IMG/VR virus record: IMGVR_UViG_3300020538_000003
Coordinates: 32,065 to 96,064 of that record
Strand: one strand, 5' to 3'
DNA from: a virus
DNA length: 64,000 nt
In this document: positions 38,064 to 47,730 of the stretch, one piece after another
How positions within the stretch are numbered: the stretch's first letter is position 1
Layout of the letters: every line of letters begins with the position of its first letter
Made by a program: the position numbers and the translations under genes
The notes under the pieces: model-generated
Seen by the model: only the letters and a program-made list of their open reading frames with translations
What the model was told of the DNA's origin: nothing
Databases searched by the model: none

Positions 38064-41000
38064 TTAATTTACTTGACGTAATCTTTTTTCAATATCTAAA
38101 AGTCTTTGATTAATCGTAGTTGATAATCTGTTTAAATTGCCTGTAAATTCTTGGAATCCCTTTACGTTATCACTTGCATTGAATATCGATTCTGATAAAG
38201 CTTCCATAGCTTTAGGTATTCCAGTTGGTTTAAAATCTTCTGAAAACTTAGCAATCCTTTCGTTAAGATTTTTTAATTCTAGGGAAGTCCTATTCCTTTC
38301 ATCTTCCAATTTTTTAATATCATCTTTATTTTCATCTGGTTTGCCAGCTTTAACACCAGTTAAAGCAGCTTGAATAGTTTTTCTTGACTGATCAAATCTT
38401 GAACCTTGCATTTTTTCATCTATGAGTTTTTGTAATGCAGGAACATTTTTAACATCAAGTTTTGCCGCTTCTATAGCTTTTTGTATATCTGACGGTAATT
38501 GATTTGAACCTAATGATTTTAATAACGCATCTTCAATTCCTTTATAATTTATTTGTGATGCAGCAGTACCAGCGGTTAAATTTTGAGTTTCCTTTAAACC
38601 AAGTCCAGAAGATTCGGCTAATTTTCTAGCAGCCTCTTCGCCAAAAATTTCCCTAAATTTAACAAACTGCTCAGAAACTCTATCTATAATTTTAGCAGCT
38701 TCCTCTGGATTTGTTGCTGAAATTTTTGCCGCTTCTGAAAACGCTTTAGAAATTGCAAGAGGATCAATTTTTGGACCTTGTGTTATTGATGATAATTTTT
38801 CTGTGATTCCAGAAATAGATGATGTTATTTTTGATTGTATTTCTTTATTAGTGGTGATTAATTTGTTTTCTAAGTCTGTTCTTTGATTAATCATTCCTTT
38901 CATTGTCTCAGCAACATTATTTCTAAATGTTTGCGCAGATGAAATTACATTATCTTTAAATTTTTGAGCAGCTTCGCCTTCAAGATTAATATATTTTGAC
39001 AGTTCTTGAGTTACTCCTTGAGAGCCTTTTTCCATATAGGCTTTAAATACATCAGCAGAAACTATACCAGAAATTTCAGCACCCGTTTTGCCTGACAATT
39101 GCGATTGTTTAACCTGGTTCATCATACTAGCAAAATCAGAACTAGCGAAATTTCCCCTAAAATCTACAGCAGATTTAGTGCTTTGAGTTACGCTTTGTTG
39201 CGTTTCAACTGCTGATTTTACAGCACCTGAATATTTAGATCCTTCTTTCGCTGTAAATCCTCCCGCTATTCCCTCAAGAAATGATTGTTGTTCTAATTTA
39301 GTAGATACAAGATCTAATGTTTTAGAAAACTTCGCTGCAGACTCCTGTATTTTTTTTGCAAAATCTTCTGTAAAATTAATGTGATCCAAACTATTTTTCG
39401 CTCTTTTTATAGCCTCTATATATTGAAAAGATGCTTCGTTTTTATCTTCTTCTGTAGAAGTTTGCTCTTCGTAAATTTTTTTCAAATTAGATTCTGCGTC
39501 CTGTAATGGTTTTATAGACATACTTCTATCTTTTAACGCTTTGATTAAATCTTGTTGAGCGGATGCAGCGTCTTTGTTGGTTTCAGAACCAAATGCTTCT
39601 TGTCGGCCCTTCCTTACAGCGGTTAATCCCTTAAGTTTTTTATTAACTTCTTCTTGTATTTTAACACCCTCCTCTTGTTTGTTTTTTACATCTTTATAAG
39701 CGTCTACTACAGACATTACCACTCCAGCAGCAGCACCTACTGCTACACCATATGGACCAAAAACAGATCCAATTGAAGCAAATTGAGCGGCTGAAGAAGT
39801 TATTGTTTTAGCAGCGCTAGTCATAGACGAGTCTAATTCTTCTGCTGGGCCGATTAAAGATGGAACAGAGGAAAGAGCCATAGATAACGCAATAGAGGCT
39901 CCACTGAATTTTTCAAGTGAAAATTTAACTTTTCCATCTATGTCGTCAGGTGCTTTAGCTGCATAATTAGGGATAAAACCACGAGCTGCTCCATATAATT
40001 TTGGATTAGCCCCTTCTTTTCTTGCGCGACTAATTCCTTGAATACCACCAGCTGGTTCATCACGACGATTAGCAACCATTAATCCCATTGGATTCATGGA
40101 GTTCTTTAATGATGAATTTTGGTCTACATAAATTTGTGAAGCTGGAACCCCAGCAGACATTTCGCGGCCAATAGCCTCTTTAAGTGGATCTGCAAAATTA
40201 GGAATGTATCCAGTCGCTTTATTTTTTTTAGAAATTGATTTGCTAATTGCATCATTAATTTTTGCAGAATATTCTTTCTTAACTTTAGCCGCCATGCTTT
40301 CTTTGTTTGTTTCTGCCGAATATTTGAAATCTGCTAATCCACTAGATACAATTGAATCTTCTCCAAATAGTTTTTTAATAGAATTTATTTGTTCGCCAGT
40401 AGCTCCAGCGGTTCTTACATCAAAATTACCGCCAGAAGCTGGATTTAATGCTTTGTATTGCAAGGTAGAGCTGATTGCAGCTTCAAATAAAGATCCAGAA
40501 GCAGATCTAATAGCGCCTTTAAATCCTTCACCACCCATAACTTCTTTAACTGAATCTGGTTCTGCTGGTTTTAAATCTAACGCTTTTGCTAATACTCGTG
40601 ATTGATTTAAAATGAATTTTCTTGCTACTTCCTCTATTTCTGTTTCTCCAAAGTTTTTTTCAAAATTTTGCCTAAGTTCATCTGTACCTCCTGCTTTAAA
40701 AGCGTCGAAAACATATTTTAATTTAACGCCAGAATCTTTTAAGTTTTGTGTATAAGTAATGTCTTTTGAATTATCATTAGGCGTTAACATGGTTGGCATT
40801 TTAGTTCCAATTATAGAACTAACATCTAAAATAATACCTTGTTTCTGTGATTTTTCATCAAGCATTTTTTTAGCATTTGCCGCTCTTTGTTTAGAGATTG
40901 GATCATCACCTTGATATGCAGCATAGTCTCTTAATTTATTAGGAGATGTACCTGGAGGAATGGAAGAACTTCTTGCTTTTACAAAATTAGGAATAAATCC

Positions 41001-43253
41001 TTTGGCCGCATTAATTAAATTAAAATTACGAGATTTTGATTTAACATAACCCATAAAATCAAACTGATTTAATGGCGCATAAGTTGTTCCTTTTAATTGT
41101 TTTTTACTTCTTAAATCCCCTTCTTCTGCGACCGTTCTTCCAGCTCTTCTAGATAAGATATCAAGATTTTTTGCATAAAGATAAGACACTTTACCGTCAG
41201 AACCATTTACTGCTGAAATTATAGCTTCTAAATTTTTAGATATACCACCTCCTTTTGCACGAGCAGCTCCAGAAAGAATATCAATTTCGGTGGCATTAGA
41301 CACATCATCAGCATTAGAAAGAAATTTTCCTGTTCTACCAGCTAATGTCGATTTGCCCGATCCCGCTGGACCAATAATAAGATTCTTTTTAACTTGAGAA
41401 GCAAGAACTGCTTTTAAGGTAGCCCCTTTGTCTGGAGCAATCCTATCGGAATCATAAATGTATTTTGCAAAGTTAGGAATATAACCTTTATTATACATTG
41501 GTATAACAGCAGAATCTCCATTTTTTCCGAATTTTGGTATTTCGATTTCTTCATTATTCATGATGAACTTTTGTCCACCAATTTTGCCTTTGCTCATTTT
41601 AGCCTTAACATTCGGACTTGCTCCTAACATTCGCGCCTGAGCCTCCTCAACCATAAATCCAGCAGCAAAAGTTTTTTTGCCTTTGCCAGTAAAGCCCTTA
41701 TCTGGACTGTATCCAACAACACCTCTTTGAGCTGCTGCCGTAGCAATACTTCTTAATAACTGTTCTTGTTGTCTTAATAAATCATTTTCTGCTTTAATTG
41801 CATTAATAACAGCCTGTTCTTTTTGCGCTTGCGTTGCTGTTGAACTAGCTATAATTGCTCTTAATTGCTGATCTCTTGACAAAAGACCAACAATTCCACT
41901 TTCAATATTTTTAATTTTTTCTGATTCAGAACCGATTTGTAATACAGTTTTAAAACCTTCTTTTGCAAATTTTGCAACAAGAGAAAATATTTTTAAAAAT
42001 CCTGTTGTTATAAGAACCAAACCTGGACCAGAAAGAAAGTTTCCAATAGCGTCAAATATTCCTTGAATAAATTTATTACCCTTTTCTGGATCAAATGCTG
42101 TTTCTAAAAAGGATGTAAACTCATTAGCCAAGCTTAAAAGATTTTTTATAATTGGCCCGAACGTTATTGTCCCAATTTTTTCTGATAAATTTGTTAAACC
42201 AACAACTAACGCATTCATTTGAGAGTTGATCATTTCATTTAATGCGGCATTTTTTGTAAACGCTTCATCCATCGCTGATGCAGATTTGCTTGCCGCTTGA
42301 GAAAAAATAGATGTATCCGAACCCAAATCCTTGAGTGCGGCACTAACAATGTTTATTTGATAAACGCCACCAGCCAATTCTTTAATTTTATTAGCTACAG
42401 TTGGATCGCTTATATTTTCAAGTGATTGAGATAATGCTTGAAGTTTTTGAACGCCACTTTGAGAAGAATTAATCTCGACACCAAGTTCCCGCAAATCTTC
42501 TACAACAGAACCTCTGCCTAATCTAGTAAATATAGATTTTAATGCGTTACCAATAACTGCTCCACCACGAGATGTTGTTTGTTCAACAGCAGTAACTATA
42601 CCTAAAAGTTCATCGAAACTAACTCCAGCATCTTCTGCGGTAGAACCAGCTCTACTAAATGCTTCAGCCAAATCTTGAGCTGAAACAGCAAACGCTGTAT
42701 CAACAGCAACAAGTTTGTTGGTTATTTGTTCTGCGGTTAATCCAGCGCTACTAAATCCATTAATTGCGGCGGTAAGAGCTTTTACTGATTTAACTGAATC
42801 AAGACCAGAAATTCTCGTTAAAACCAATGCAGACTCAAGTCTTTTTGCAGTTTCCTCTGCATTTAAACCCTGTCTTGCTAATTCTGATGCGGCATCTGCA
42901 ACAACATTAAAAGATTGTCCAGTGGTTTTTGCAACATCAAAAATTGTATTTCTAAAATCGTTAAGCTGGGAACCTGTAGATCCAATTATTGTACTTATTT
43001 CCGTTAATCTTTTTTCAACATTTATCGTATTAGCAATAAGCCCTTTGAACGCTTGAGAAACTCCATTTAATATAGAGGTAGTAGCTCCGAAAGCAAATAC
43101 ACGAGCAGTTGAAGCGTCAAGTGATTTTTGAAACTCTGAAGCTTGACCCGTAATCCTTCCTAAAGCTTGTTGAACCTGTTTTGACGCAGCATTAATGCTT
43201 TGGGGATTCAGGGTTAAATTACCTGTAATATTAATACCTGATGTGTTGGCCAT
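38064..43253 (-). CDS. Tape measure protein (TP901-type core) with internal enzyme-like cargo domains
   Basis: A..LARQG, DKLVAVD..FAVS..DLAEA..RAGS.A, GG.VIGNALKSIFTRL; 1729 aa, helical, with TM-like segments. Confidence 0.92.
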   Translation of the reverse strand: MANTSGINITGNLTLNPQSINAASKQVQQALGRITGQASEFQKSLDASTARVFAFGATTSILNGVSQAFKGLIANTINVEKRLTEISTIIGSTGSQLNDFRNTIFDVAKTTGQSFNVVADAASELARQGLNAEETAKRLESALVLTRISGLDSVKSVKALTAAINGFSSAGLTAEQITNKLVAVDTAFAVSAQDLAEAFSRAGSTAEDAGVSFDELLGIVTAVEQTTSRGGAVIGNALKSIFTRLGRGSVVEDLRELGVEINSSQSGVQKLQALSQSLENISDPTVANKIKELAGGVYQINIVSAALKDLGSDTSIFSQAASKSASAMDEAFTKNAALNEMINSQMNALVVGLTNLSEKIGTITFGPIIKNLLSLANEFTSFLETAFDPEKGNKFIQGIFDAIGNFLSGPGLVLITTGFLKIFSLVAKFAKEGFKTVLQIGSESEKIKNIESGIVGLLSRDQQLRAIIASSTATQAQKEQAVINAIKAENDLLRQQEQLLRSIATAAAQRGVVGYSPDKGFTGKGKKTFAAGFMVEEAQARMLGASPNVKAKMSKGKIGGQKFIMNNEEIEIPKFGKNGDSAVIPMYNKGYIPNFAKYIYDSDRIAPDKGATLKAVLASQVKKNLIIGPAGSGKSTLAGRTGKFLSNADDVSNATEIDILSGAARAKGGGISKNLEAIISAVNGSDGKVSYLYAKNLDILSRRAGRTVAEEGDLRSKKQLKGTTYAPLNQFDFMGYVKSKSRNFNLINAAKGFIPNFVKARSSSIPPGTSPNKLRDYAAYQGDDPISKQRAANAKKMLDEKSQKQGIILDVSSIIGTKMPTMLTPNDNSKDITYTQNLKDSGVKLKYVFDAFKAGGTDELRQNFEKNFGETEIEEVARKFILNQSRVLAKALDLKPAEPDSVKEVMGGEGFKGAIRSASGSLFEAAISSTLQYKALNPASGGNFDVRTAGATGEQINSIKKLFGEDSIVSSGLADFKYSAETNKESMAAKVKKEYSAKINDAISKSISKKNKATGYIPNFADPLKEAIGREMSAGVPASQIYVDQNSSLKNSMNPMGLMVANRRDEPAGGIQGISRARKEGANPKLYGAARGFIPNYAAKAPDDIDGKVKFSLEKFSGASIALSMALSSVPSLIGPAEELDSSMTSAAKTITSSAAQFASIGSVFGPYGVAVGAAAGVVMSVVDAYKDVKNKQEEGVKIQEEVNKKLKGLTAVRKGRQEAFGSETNKDAASAQQDLIKALKDRSMSIKPLQDAESNLKKIYEEQTSTEEDKNEASFQYIEAIKRAKNSLDHINFTEDFAKKIQESAAKFSKTLDLVSTKLEQQSFLEGIAGGFTAKEGSKYSGAVKSAVETQQSVTQSTKSAVDFRGNFASSDFASMMNQVKQSQLSGKTGAEISGIVSADVFKAYMEKGSQGVTQELSKYINLEGEAAQKFKDNVISSAQTFRNNVAETMKGMINQRTDLENKLITTNKEIQSKITSSISGITEKLSSITQGPKIDPLAISKAFSEAAKISATNPEEAAKIIDRVSEQFVKFREIFGEEAARKLAESSGLGLKETQNLTAGTAASQINYKGIEDALLKSLGSNQLPSDIQKAIEAAKLDVKNVPALQKLIDEKMQGSRFDQSRKTIQAALTGVKAGKPDENKDDIKKLEDERNRTSLELKNLNERIAKFSEDFKPTGIPKAMEALSESIFNASDNVKGFQEFTGNLNRLSTTINQRLLDIEKRLRQVN
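39960..41486 (-). repeat. Four G[YF]IPN[FY] peptide motifs inside the tape measure protein
   Basis: GYIPNFA 41466-41486, GFIPNF 40983-41000, GYIPNFA 40191-40211, GFIPNYA 39960-39980. Confidence 0.9.
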
Positions 43254-43262
43254 TTTTATTAA

Positions 43263-43268
43263 TTACAC
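43263..43268 (-). promoter_or_regulatory. GTGTAA motif upstream of the tape measure gene
   Basis: Recurrent motif, 9 nt before the ATG. Confidence 0.6.
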
Positions 43269-43271
43269 ACA

Positions 43272-44153
43272 TCAAGTCAAAAAGTCTTCTGCCTTTAAAG
43301 AACCTCCCCTAGCAGCGCTTTTAATTTTTAAATCCTCAACACCATGACTTACATTAGATTTTTTTGCATCTTCTTTTTCCACATAATCTAATATTTTTAT
43401 TGGATCTTCTAATATTGAATCAGGGATTGAATAATTTTTAAATTTATTCAATAAAGAGTTGGCGTAAATTAATATATTTTTTTGATAAATTGTTAAATCA
43501 AAACCAGATTTATTAAATATAACATGAGGTTGCCTATAGTGCAAACTCATTAATTCAAAGAAGGACGGATTATAGGCGCTATAAACAATTATTTCTTTAG
43601 AATTTAAATCAGACATTTTATTAAATAATTCAGAATGATAAATAATTGATTCTTCTTCACTAACTGGTTCTGTAAAAGATTTATCTTTGAAAAAACAATT
43701 TGCTATTAAATTTTTAAATTTTTTATTTTGAGCAAAATTTTCGGCACTAAATTTTACCAAAAGATCTTTTTCATTCTTTAATTTTTCTAAATCTTTAGAT
43801 TTGCTTTCGACATTTTGTTTTAAAGAAAGCTTTTGTATCGGATCATTCATCTTTTTTTCGGCTTCAACAAGCTTGGCCATCATCCATTTTAACGATTTAA
43901 TCTCTTCTTCTTTATCTATTGTCCAATAACCATTTTTGATCGCAGAATCAATAATTTCTTTTTCTGTTTTAATGCCAGCTTTTTTTGCTGATCTTAAATA
44001 AAAGTCATAAGTTTCTTCTATTAATAGAATTTCACTTAAGGCAAAATGTTTAAAATAAAATTCGTGGTTTTCAGTATGTATTATACTAAAACCACGAACA
44101 ATATCAATTAAAGCGGAGTGTGCTTTAGAATTTAACTCATCTTTATTTTTCAT
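43272..44153 (-). CDS. Probable tail assembly chaperone 2
   Basis: Immediately upstream of the tape measure gene; helical and charged. Start trimmed to MKNKDEL. Confidence 0.55.
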   Translation of the reverse strand: MKNKDELNSKAHSALIDIVRGFSIIHTENHEFYFKHFALSEILLIEETYDFYLRSAKKAGIKTEKEIIDSAIKNGYWTIDKEEEIKSLKWMMAKLVEAEKKMNDPIQKLSLKQNVESKSKDLEKLKNEKDLLVKFSAENFAQNKKFKNLIANCFFKDKSFTEPVSEEESIIYHSELFNKMSDLNSKEIIVYSAYNPSFFELMSLHYRQPHVIFNKSGFDLTIYQKNILIYANSLLNKFKNYSIPDSILEDPIKILDYVEKEDAKKSNVSHGVEDLKIKSAARGGSLKAEDFLT

Positions 44154-45036
44154 TTGAGTTATCTTTTTCGATAACTTCATCAACTTGCTCTTCAGAATCT
44201 TGTTTGTTTATTTCGGAATCAGCTTCTATTTTTGCACTGTCTTCAATGAGATTTTCTGAAGAATCACCAAACATTTCATTTATCGCTTTTTCAATATCCT
44301 CTTGTTTTTCTGCAATCTTATTGTACCATATACTTGCCGTTCTTACTAAAGTATTAAATGATTGATCGAATATATTTTTTATTTTCAATAAAGATTGATC
44401 ATCTATGTCTTCTATAGACTCACACAACTCAAGATAAAATCTTCTTTTTTGATCAAAACTATCTCCTTGAAAAATTGGAAATAATTGTTTTTTAGAATCA
44501 ACTTCTTCTTCGTAATAAGACAAATTAAAGACGAGCCATTCAATAAGCTTTTGCTCTGCCTTCGCATCTGCTGTTTGTGAAAACTGAGATCTCATTGATT
44601 GTTCGTATTCAAAAATATCATTTTTTGTACTAACAAAAATTCCTTTTGCTTCTTGTAATTTTTCTTTTTGCTCTTCTGTTAAATCCGTTGATTCTCCAAA
44701 AAATTCAATTGTTCTAGAAGCCTCCATATTATCAATAATGGATTTTTGTAATTTTTCTATTGAAATTTTTGAAGAAAAACCTCCAATATCGCCCATTTTT
44801 TTATTTAACATAGCTTTAGTTAAAAAGCCAGAATTGATATATTCATTGAATTTTTGACCATAAAAAAACTCAGCCTCTTCTATTGTTGCCATTGAAGGTT
44901 TCACGAAAACAACTCGATTTGGAGTACACTCAATTACTTTTTTTGTTGATTCTACGCTACCATCTTTAGTTTTTTTTATATATGGTATTGTTTTTTCTAC
45001 TTTTCTTTCTATCTTAAAGCTGTAAATTTCTTTCAT
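44143..45036 (-). CDS. Probable tail assembly chaperone 1
   Basis: Lies between the tail tube and tape measure genes; acidic C-terminus. Confidence 0.55.
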   Translation of the reverse strand: MKEIYSFKIERKVEKTIPYIKKTKDGSVESTKKVIECTPNRVVFVKPSMATIEEAEFFYGQKFNEYINSGFLTKAMLNKKMGDIGGFSSKISIEKLQKSIIDNMEASRTIEFFGESTDLTEEQKEKLQEAKGIFVSTKNDIFEYEQSMRSQFSQTADAKAEQKLIEWLVFNLSYYEEEVDSKKQLFPIFQGDSFDQKRRFYLELCESIEDIDDQSLLKIKNIFDQSFNTLVRTASIWYNKIAEKQEDIEKAINEMFGDSSENLIEDSAKIEADSEINKQDSEEQVDEVIEKDNSNEK

Positions 45037-45498
45037 TTATGAATTAGTTTTTAATACTATATTATCTAAACTTATTAAAGAATTTCCATTAAAATCATAT
45101 AAGTAATAAAAATTTGAGTTTCTTAAGTCCTCAATTAAAACAGATGCTTGAGAGTCGTTTATTTTATTAAATTCAATTGCATTGATTGGATAAAAAGCAT
45201 TATATGGTATATTGTTTGAAACAAGGGTATTGTCATAATAATAACTTATCCTACCCTGATCTTCAAAAAAATACATTTTTATTGAAAATTGTTTTCCGCT
45301 ATAATATCCTCCAAATAAATTATTATTTTTATCAAATAAATATCCACTATAGCCAGAAAAACTAACAGATGGTAAAAATAAATTATCACCAGATCTATAA
45401 CCTAAAGAAAATGAAAAACCTGATTCTGGTGAATTTATTGTAAGCCCTGCATCTATCGCAAAACTTTCAAAAGTGCTTATATCTTTATAAACTTTCAT
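45037..45498 (-). CDS. Small structural protein
   Basis: SG-rich beta protein in the tail module. Confidence 0.55.
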   Translation of the reverse strand: MKVYKDISTFESFAIDAGLTINSPESGFSFSLGYRSGDNLFLPSVSFSGYSGYLFDKNNNLFGGYYSGKQFSIKMYFFEDQGRISYYYDNTLVSNNIPYNAFYPINAIEFNKINDSQASVLIEDLRNSNFYYLYDFNGNSLISLDNIVLKTNS

Positions 45499-45506
45499 AA
45501 TATTTA

Positions 45507-46400
45507 TTATGTACTTGGCATTAATATCCTTGATATAGAATTTTTATTTAAACTAAATTCATAATTAAAATCAATTGTTGCATTATCATCTAATTGTGAA
45601 TTTTCGGATATGGAAGTAAGAGAACAACCGCTTACAATATATCTTAATATTGGATTACTTAAATTTTGATTTAAATTTATTGTAAAGCTTCCTTTATTTA
45701 ATATTATACTGGACAAATCTATTCCAGTGATTTGATTTTTCATAACAGAAAAATTTAATGTTCCATTTATTGGAAGCTCTGGATATCTAAATTGTGAAGA
45801 AGCGTTGCCAAGGATAGTTATTGCTTTTCTTTTTATTGGAACTTTTAATTCAAAAGATTGTATATTAAAATTATTGTTAGAAATAGACTCTCCAAAATTA
45901 CCTGAAACCATAATTCTATGAGGTCTAAACGCACAAGCAATATCATTATTTAAATTATTTGTAGTTAATCGTCCACCTGTATTATAACTTATATCGTTAG
46001 CTTCATATTCAACAGAACCAACAACAAAATTATCCAAAGAACCATTTATAGAATAAGATGTTAAATATGCACCGCTAACAATATTTTCTCCAGCAAAATT
46101 TCTGAAACTTAAATTAAAAGTTTCTGTTGATAGTAAACCAGATGTTTGAAATTGATAAAACGGATCGCAAACGAATCTATTTGCATTAATTGGTGAATTA
46201 TTATCAATTAAAATAAAATCTAAACTTACATTAATTTTTTGATTTGGATTTAAAATTCTGTTAGTTACGCTATATGAACCTAAATCTTGAATTTCAGCAA
46301 AATCTTTTGTCTCATTAATTGAAAAAGATTGAACTCCAGTTAATCTTTGATTTTTTATAAAAACTTCAGATTCACTTGAATGAATTCTATCTACGCGCAT
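45507..46400 (-). CDS. Tail tube protein paralog
   Basis: Shares A.L.SY, IQS....VP..R..I..LG....F..PE.PIN and LDD..T.D motifs with 46489..47700. Confidence 0.7.
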   Translation of the reverse strand: MRVDRIHSSESEVFIKNQRLTGVQSFSINETKDFAEIQDLGSYSVTNRILNPNQKINVSLDFILIDNNSPINANRFVCDPFYQFQTSGLLSTETFNLSFRNFAGENIVSGAYLTSYSINGSLDNFVVGSVEYEANDISYNTGGRLTTNNLNNDIACAFRPHRIMVSGNFGESISNNNFNIQSFELKVPIKRKAITILGNASSQFRYPELPINGTLNFSVMKNQITGIDLSSIILNKGSFTINLNQNLSNPILRYIVSGCSLTSISENSQLDDNATIDFNYEFSLNKNSISRILMPST

Positions 46401-46408
46401 ATAAGATA

Positions 46409-46414
46409 TTACAC
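46409..46414 (-). promoter_or_regulatory. GTGTAA motif
   Basis: Directly after the terminator, 8 nt before the ATG. Confidence 0.6.
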
Positions 46415-46426
46415 ATTATTGCAAAT

Positions 46427-46464
46427 AATAAAACCTTACCAGGCCAATCTAGTAAGGTCTTATT
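46427..46464 (-). terminator. Hairpin terminator after the major tail gene
   Basis: AATAAGACCTTACTAG-ATTGGC-CTGGTAAGGTTTTATT. Confidence 0.7.
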
Positions 46465-46488
46465 AAATTTTACATTAATTATGAGTCA

Positions 46489-47700
46489 TCAAACTCCACT
46501 TATAAACAAAGGTCTATCAGCATCACTTCCAATAACACCAATTCCATTATAAGCTCCGCTCATGAAAAGACCAGCTGTTGTAGAAAGCGCTCCAGCAATT
46601 TGAGCGGAAAATACCAAATCAACAGTTTCCGAGTCGTCTAATCCAATCGAAAAGTTTTGAGAATCCAAAACAGCATTTTGTAAAATCCATCTCATTGCAG
46701 TATTTGCATTGTTGCAACGATCTTTAACATCAATTGTTATATTAGTCGAACCCCCAAACGCACAACCTGTAAGAATTCCAGCAATATCTCCTTGAGCGTA
46801 ATCTGTAACTAATCCATTGATTGAACAAGTTACATTAATTGGAAATTCAAGAGGCTTAGCAAATGGTAATTCATTGCCCAATCTTTCAATTGGAGTTCTT
46901 GTAAGAGGCACTTCAATACTTGCGCTTTGAATATGCATACCACTTAATATAACACCACCAAGATTAGCTACAGTGTTATTGCTAAATAAAACTGAAACGT
47001 CTCCAGGTTTTAAAACGTCTGATGCGAACGTATCTCCAGTATTTGGCGCAAGAAGAATGGCTCTGCCAGTATCTGCTATAGTAGCCAAAGATCTGTTTAA
47101 AGAAGGGTTTAAGATTCCAGAACTTCTTCCAGTAGCAAAGGCTACGTTAGAGCACTCGAATTCTACATCAGCTCTTGGTATTTCGCCAACTGCAAAATTA
47201 GCCGTATAGCTTGAAAGGGATGCGTTGCCAAAAGAAATAACGTCATGCAAACCTCTACTTCCACTAAAGGTAACTCCATCAAATGCATCAACTCCATCTT
47301 GAGTTGTTAATACATAAAGATTTCTGTCTCTTTTTATAATATCTTCTGTTAATTGCCCAGAAATAAATTGAGATGTTGGGACAGATGCTCCAGTCATTCC
47401 ACGAATATTAAGTCCAAGATTATGTTCATTTTCACCATTATTCAAATAATATCCTATGGAACAAGTAGCGCCTATTTCTGACATTCGAACAGCACCGACT
47501 CTGTTTAATTGTCCAAATTCACGTATATCCATTCTAGATCCAGCTAAGTCAATATCAAAAGAAAAGGTATCGACTTTTGATAATTGAGTTGGGACAAGTC
47601 CAGACATGGGTACAGAAACACCTCCATGTGTTGTTGCTAATAGACCTGTTGGTGAAACATAAACGGCTTTGGTTTGTGATATTATTCTTGTGCGTGGCAT
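46489..47700 (-). CDS. Major tail tube protein
   Basis: Gly/Ser/Thr-rich beta protein after the neck genes, followed by a terminator, as expected for a highly expressed gene. Confidence 0.75.
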   Translation of the reverse strand: MPRTRIISQTKAVYVSPTGLLATTHGGVSVPMSGLVPTQLSKVDTFSFDIDLAGSRMDIREFGQLNRVGAVRMSEIGATCSIGYYLNNGENEHNLGLNIRGMTGASVPTSQFISGQLTEDIIKRDRNLYVLTTQDGVDAFDGVTFSGSRGLHDVISFGNASLSSYTANFAVGEIPRADVEFECSNVAFATGRSSGILNPSLNRSLATIADTGRAILLAPNTGDTFASDVLKPGDVSVLFSNNTVANLGGVILSGMHIQSASIEVPLTRTPIERLGNELPFAKPLEFPINVTCSINGLVTDYAQGDIAGILTGCAFGGSTNITIDVKDRCNNANTAMRWILQNAVLDSQNFSIGLDDSETVDLVFSAQIAGALSTTAGLFMSGAYNGIGVIGSDADRPLFISGV

Positions 47701-47720
47701 AATATTTTATTTTTTACTAA

Positions 47721-47726
47721 TTACAC
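47721..47726 (-). promoter_or_regulatory. GTGTAA motif upstream of the major tail gene
   Basis: Recurrent motif. Confidence 0.6.
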
Positions 47727-47730
47727 AAAT

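Noticed and set aside
44140-44160. Programmed frameshift between the two putative tail chaperone genes
   Set aside because: There is no X XXY YYZ slippery heptamer at the overlap, and the second ORF has its own ATG at 44153.
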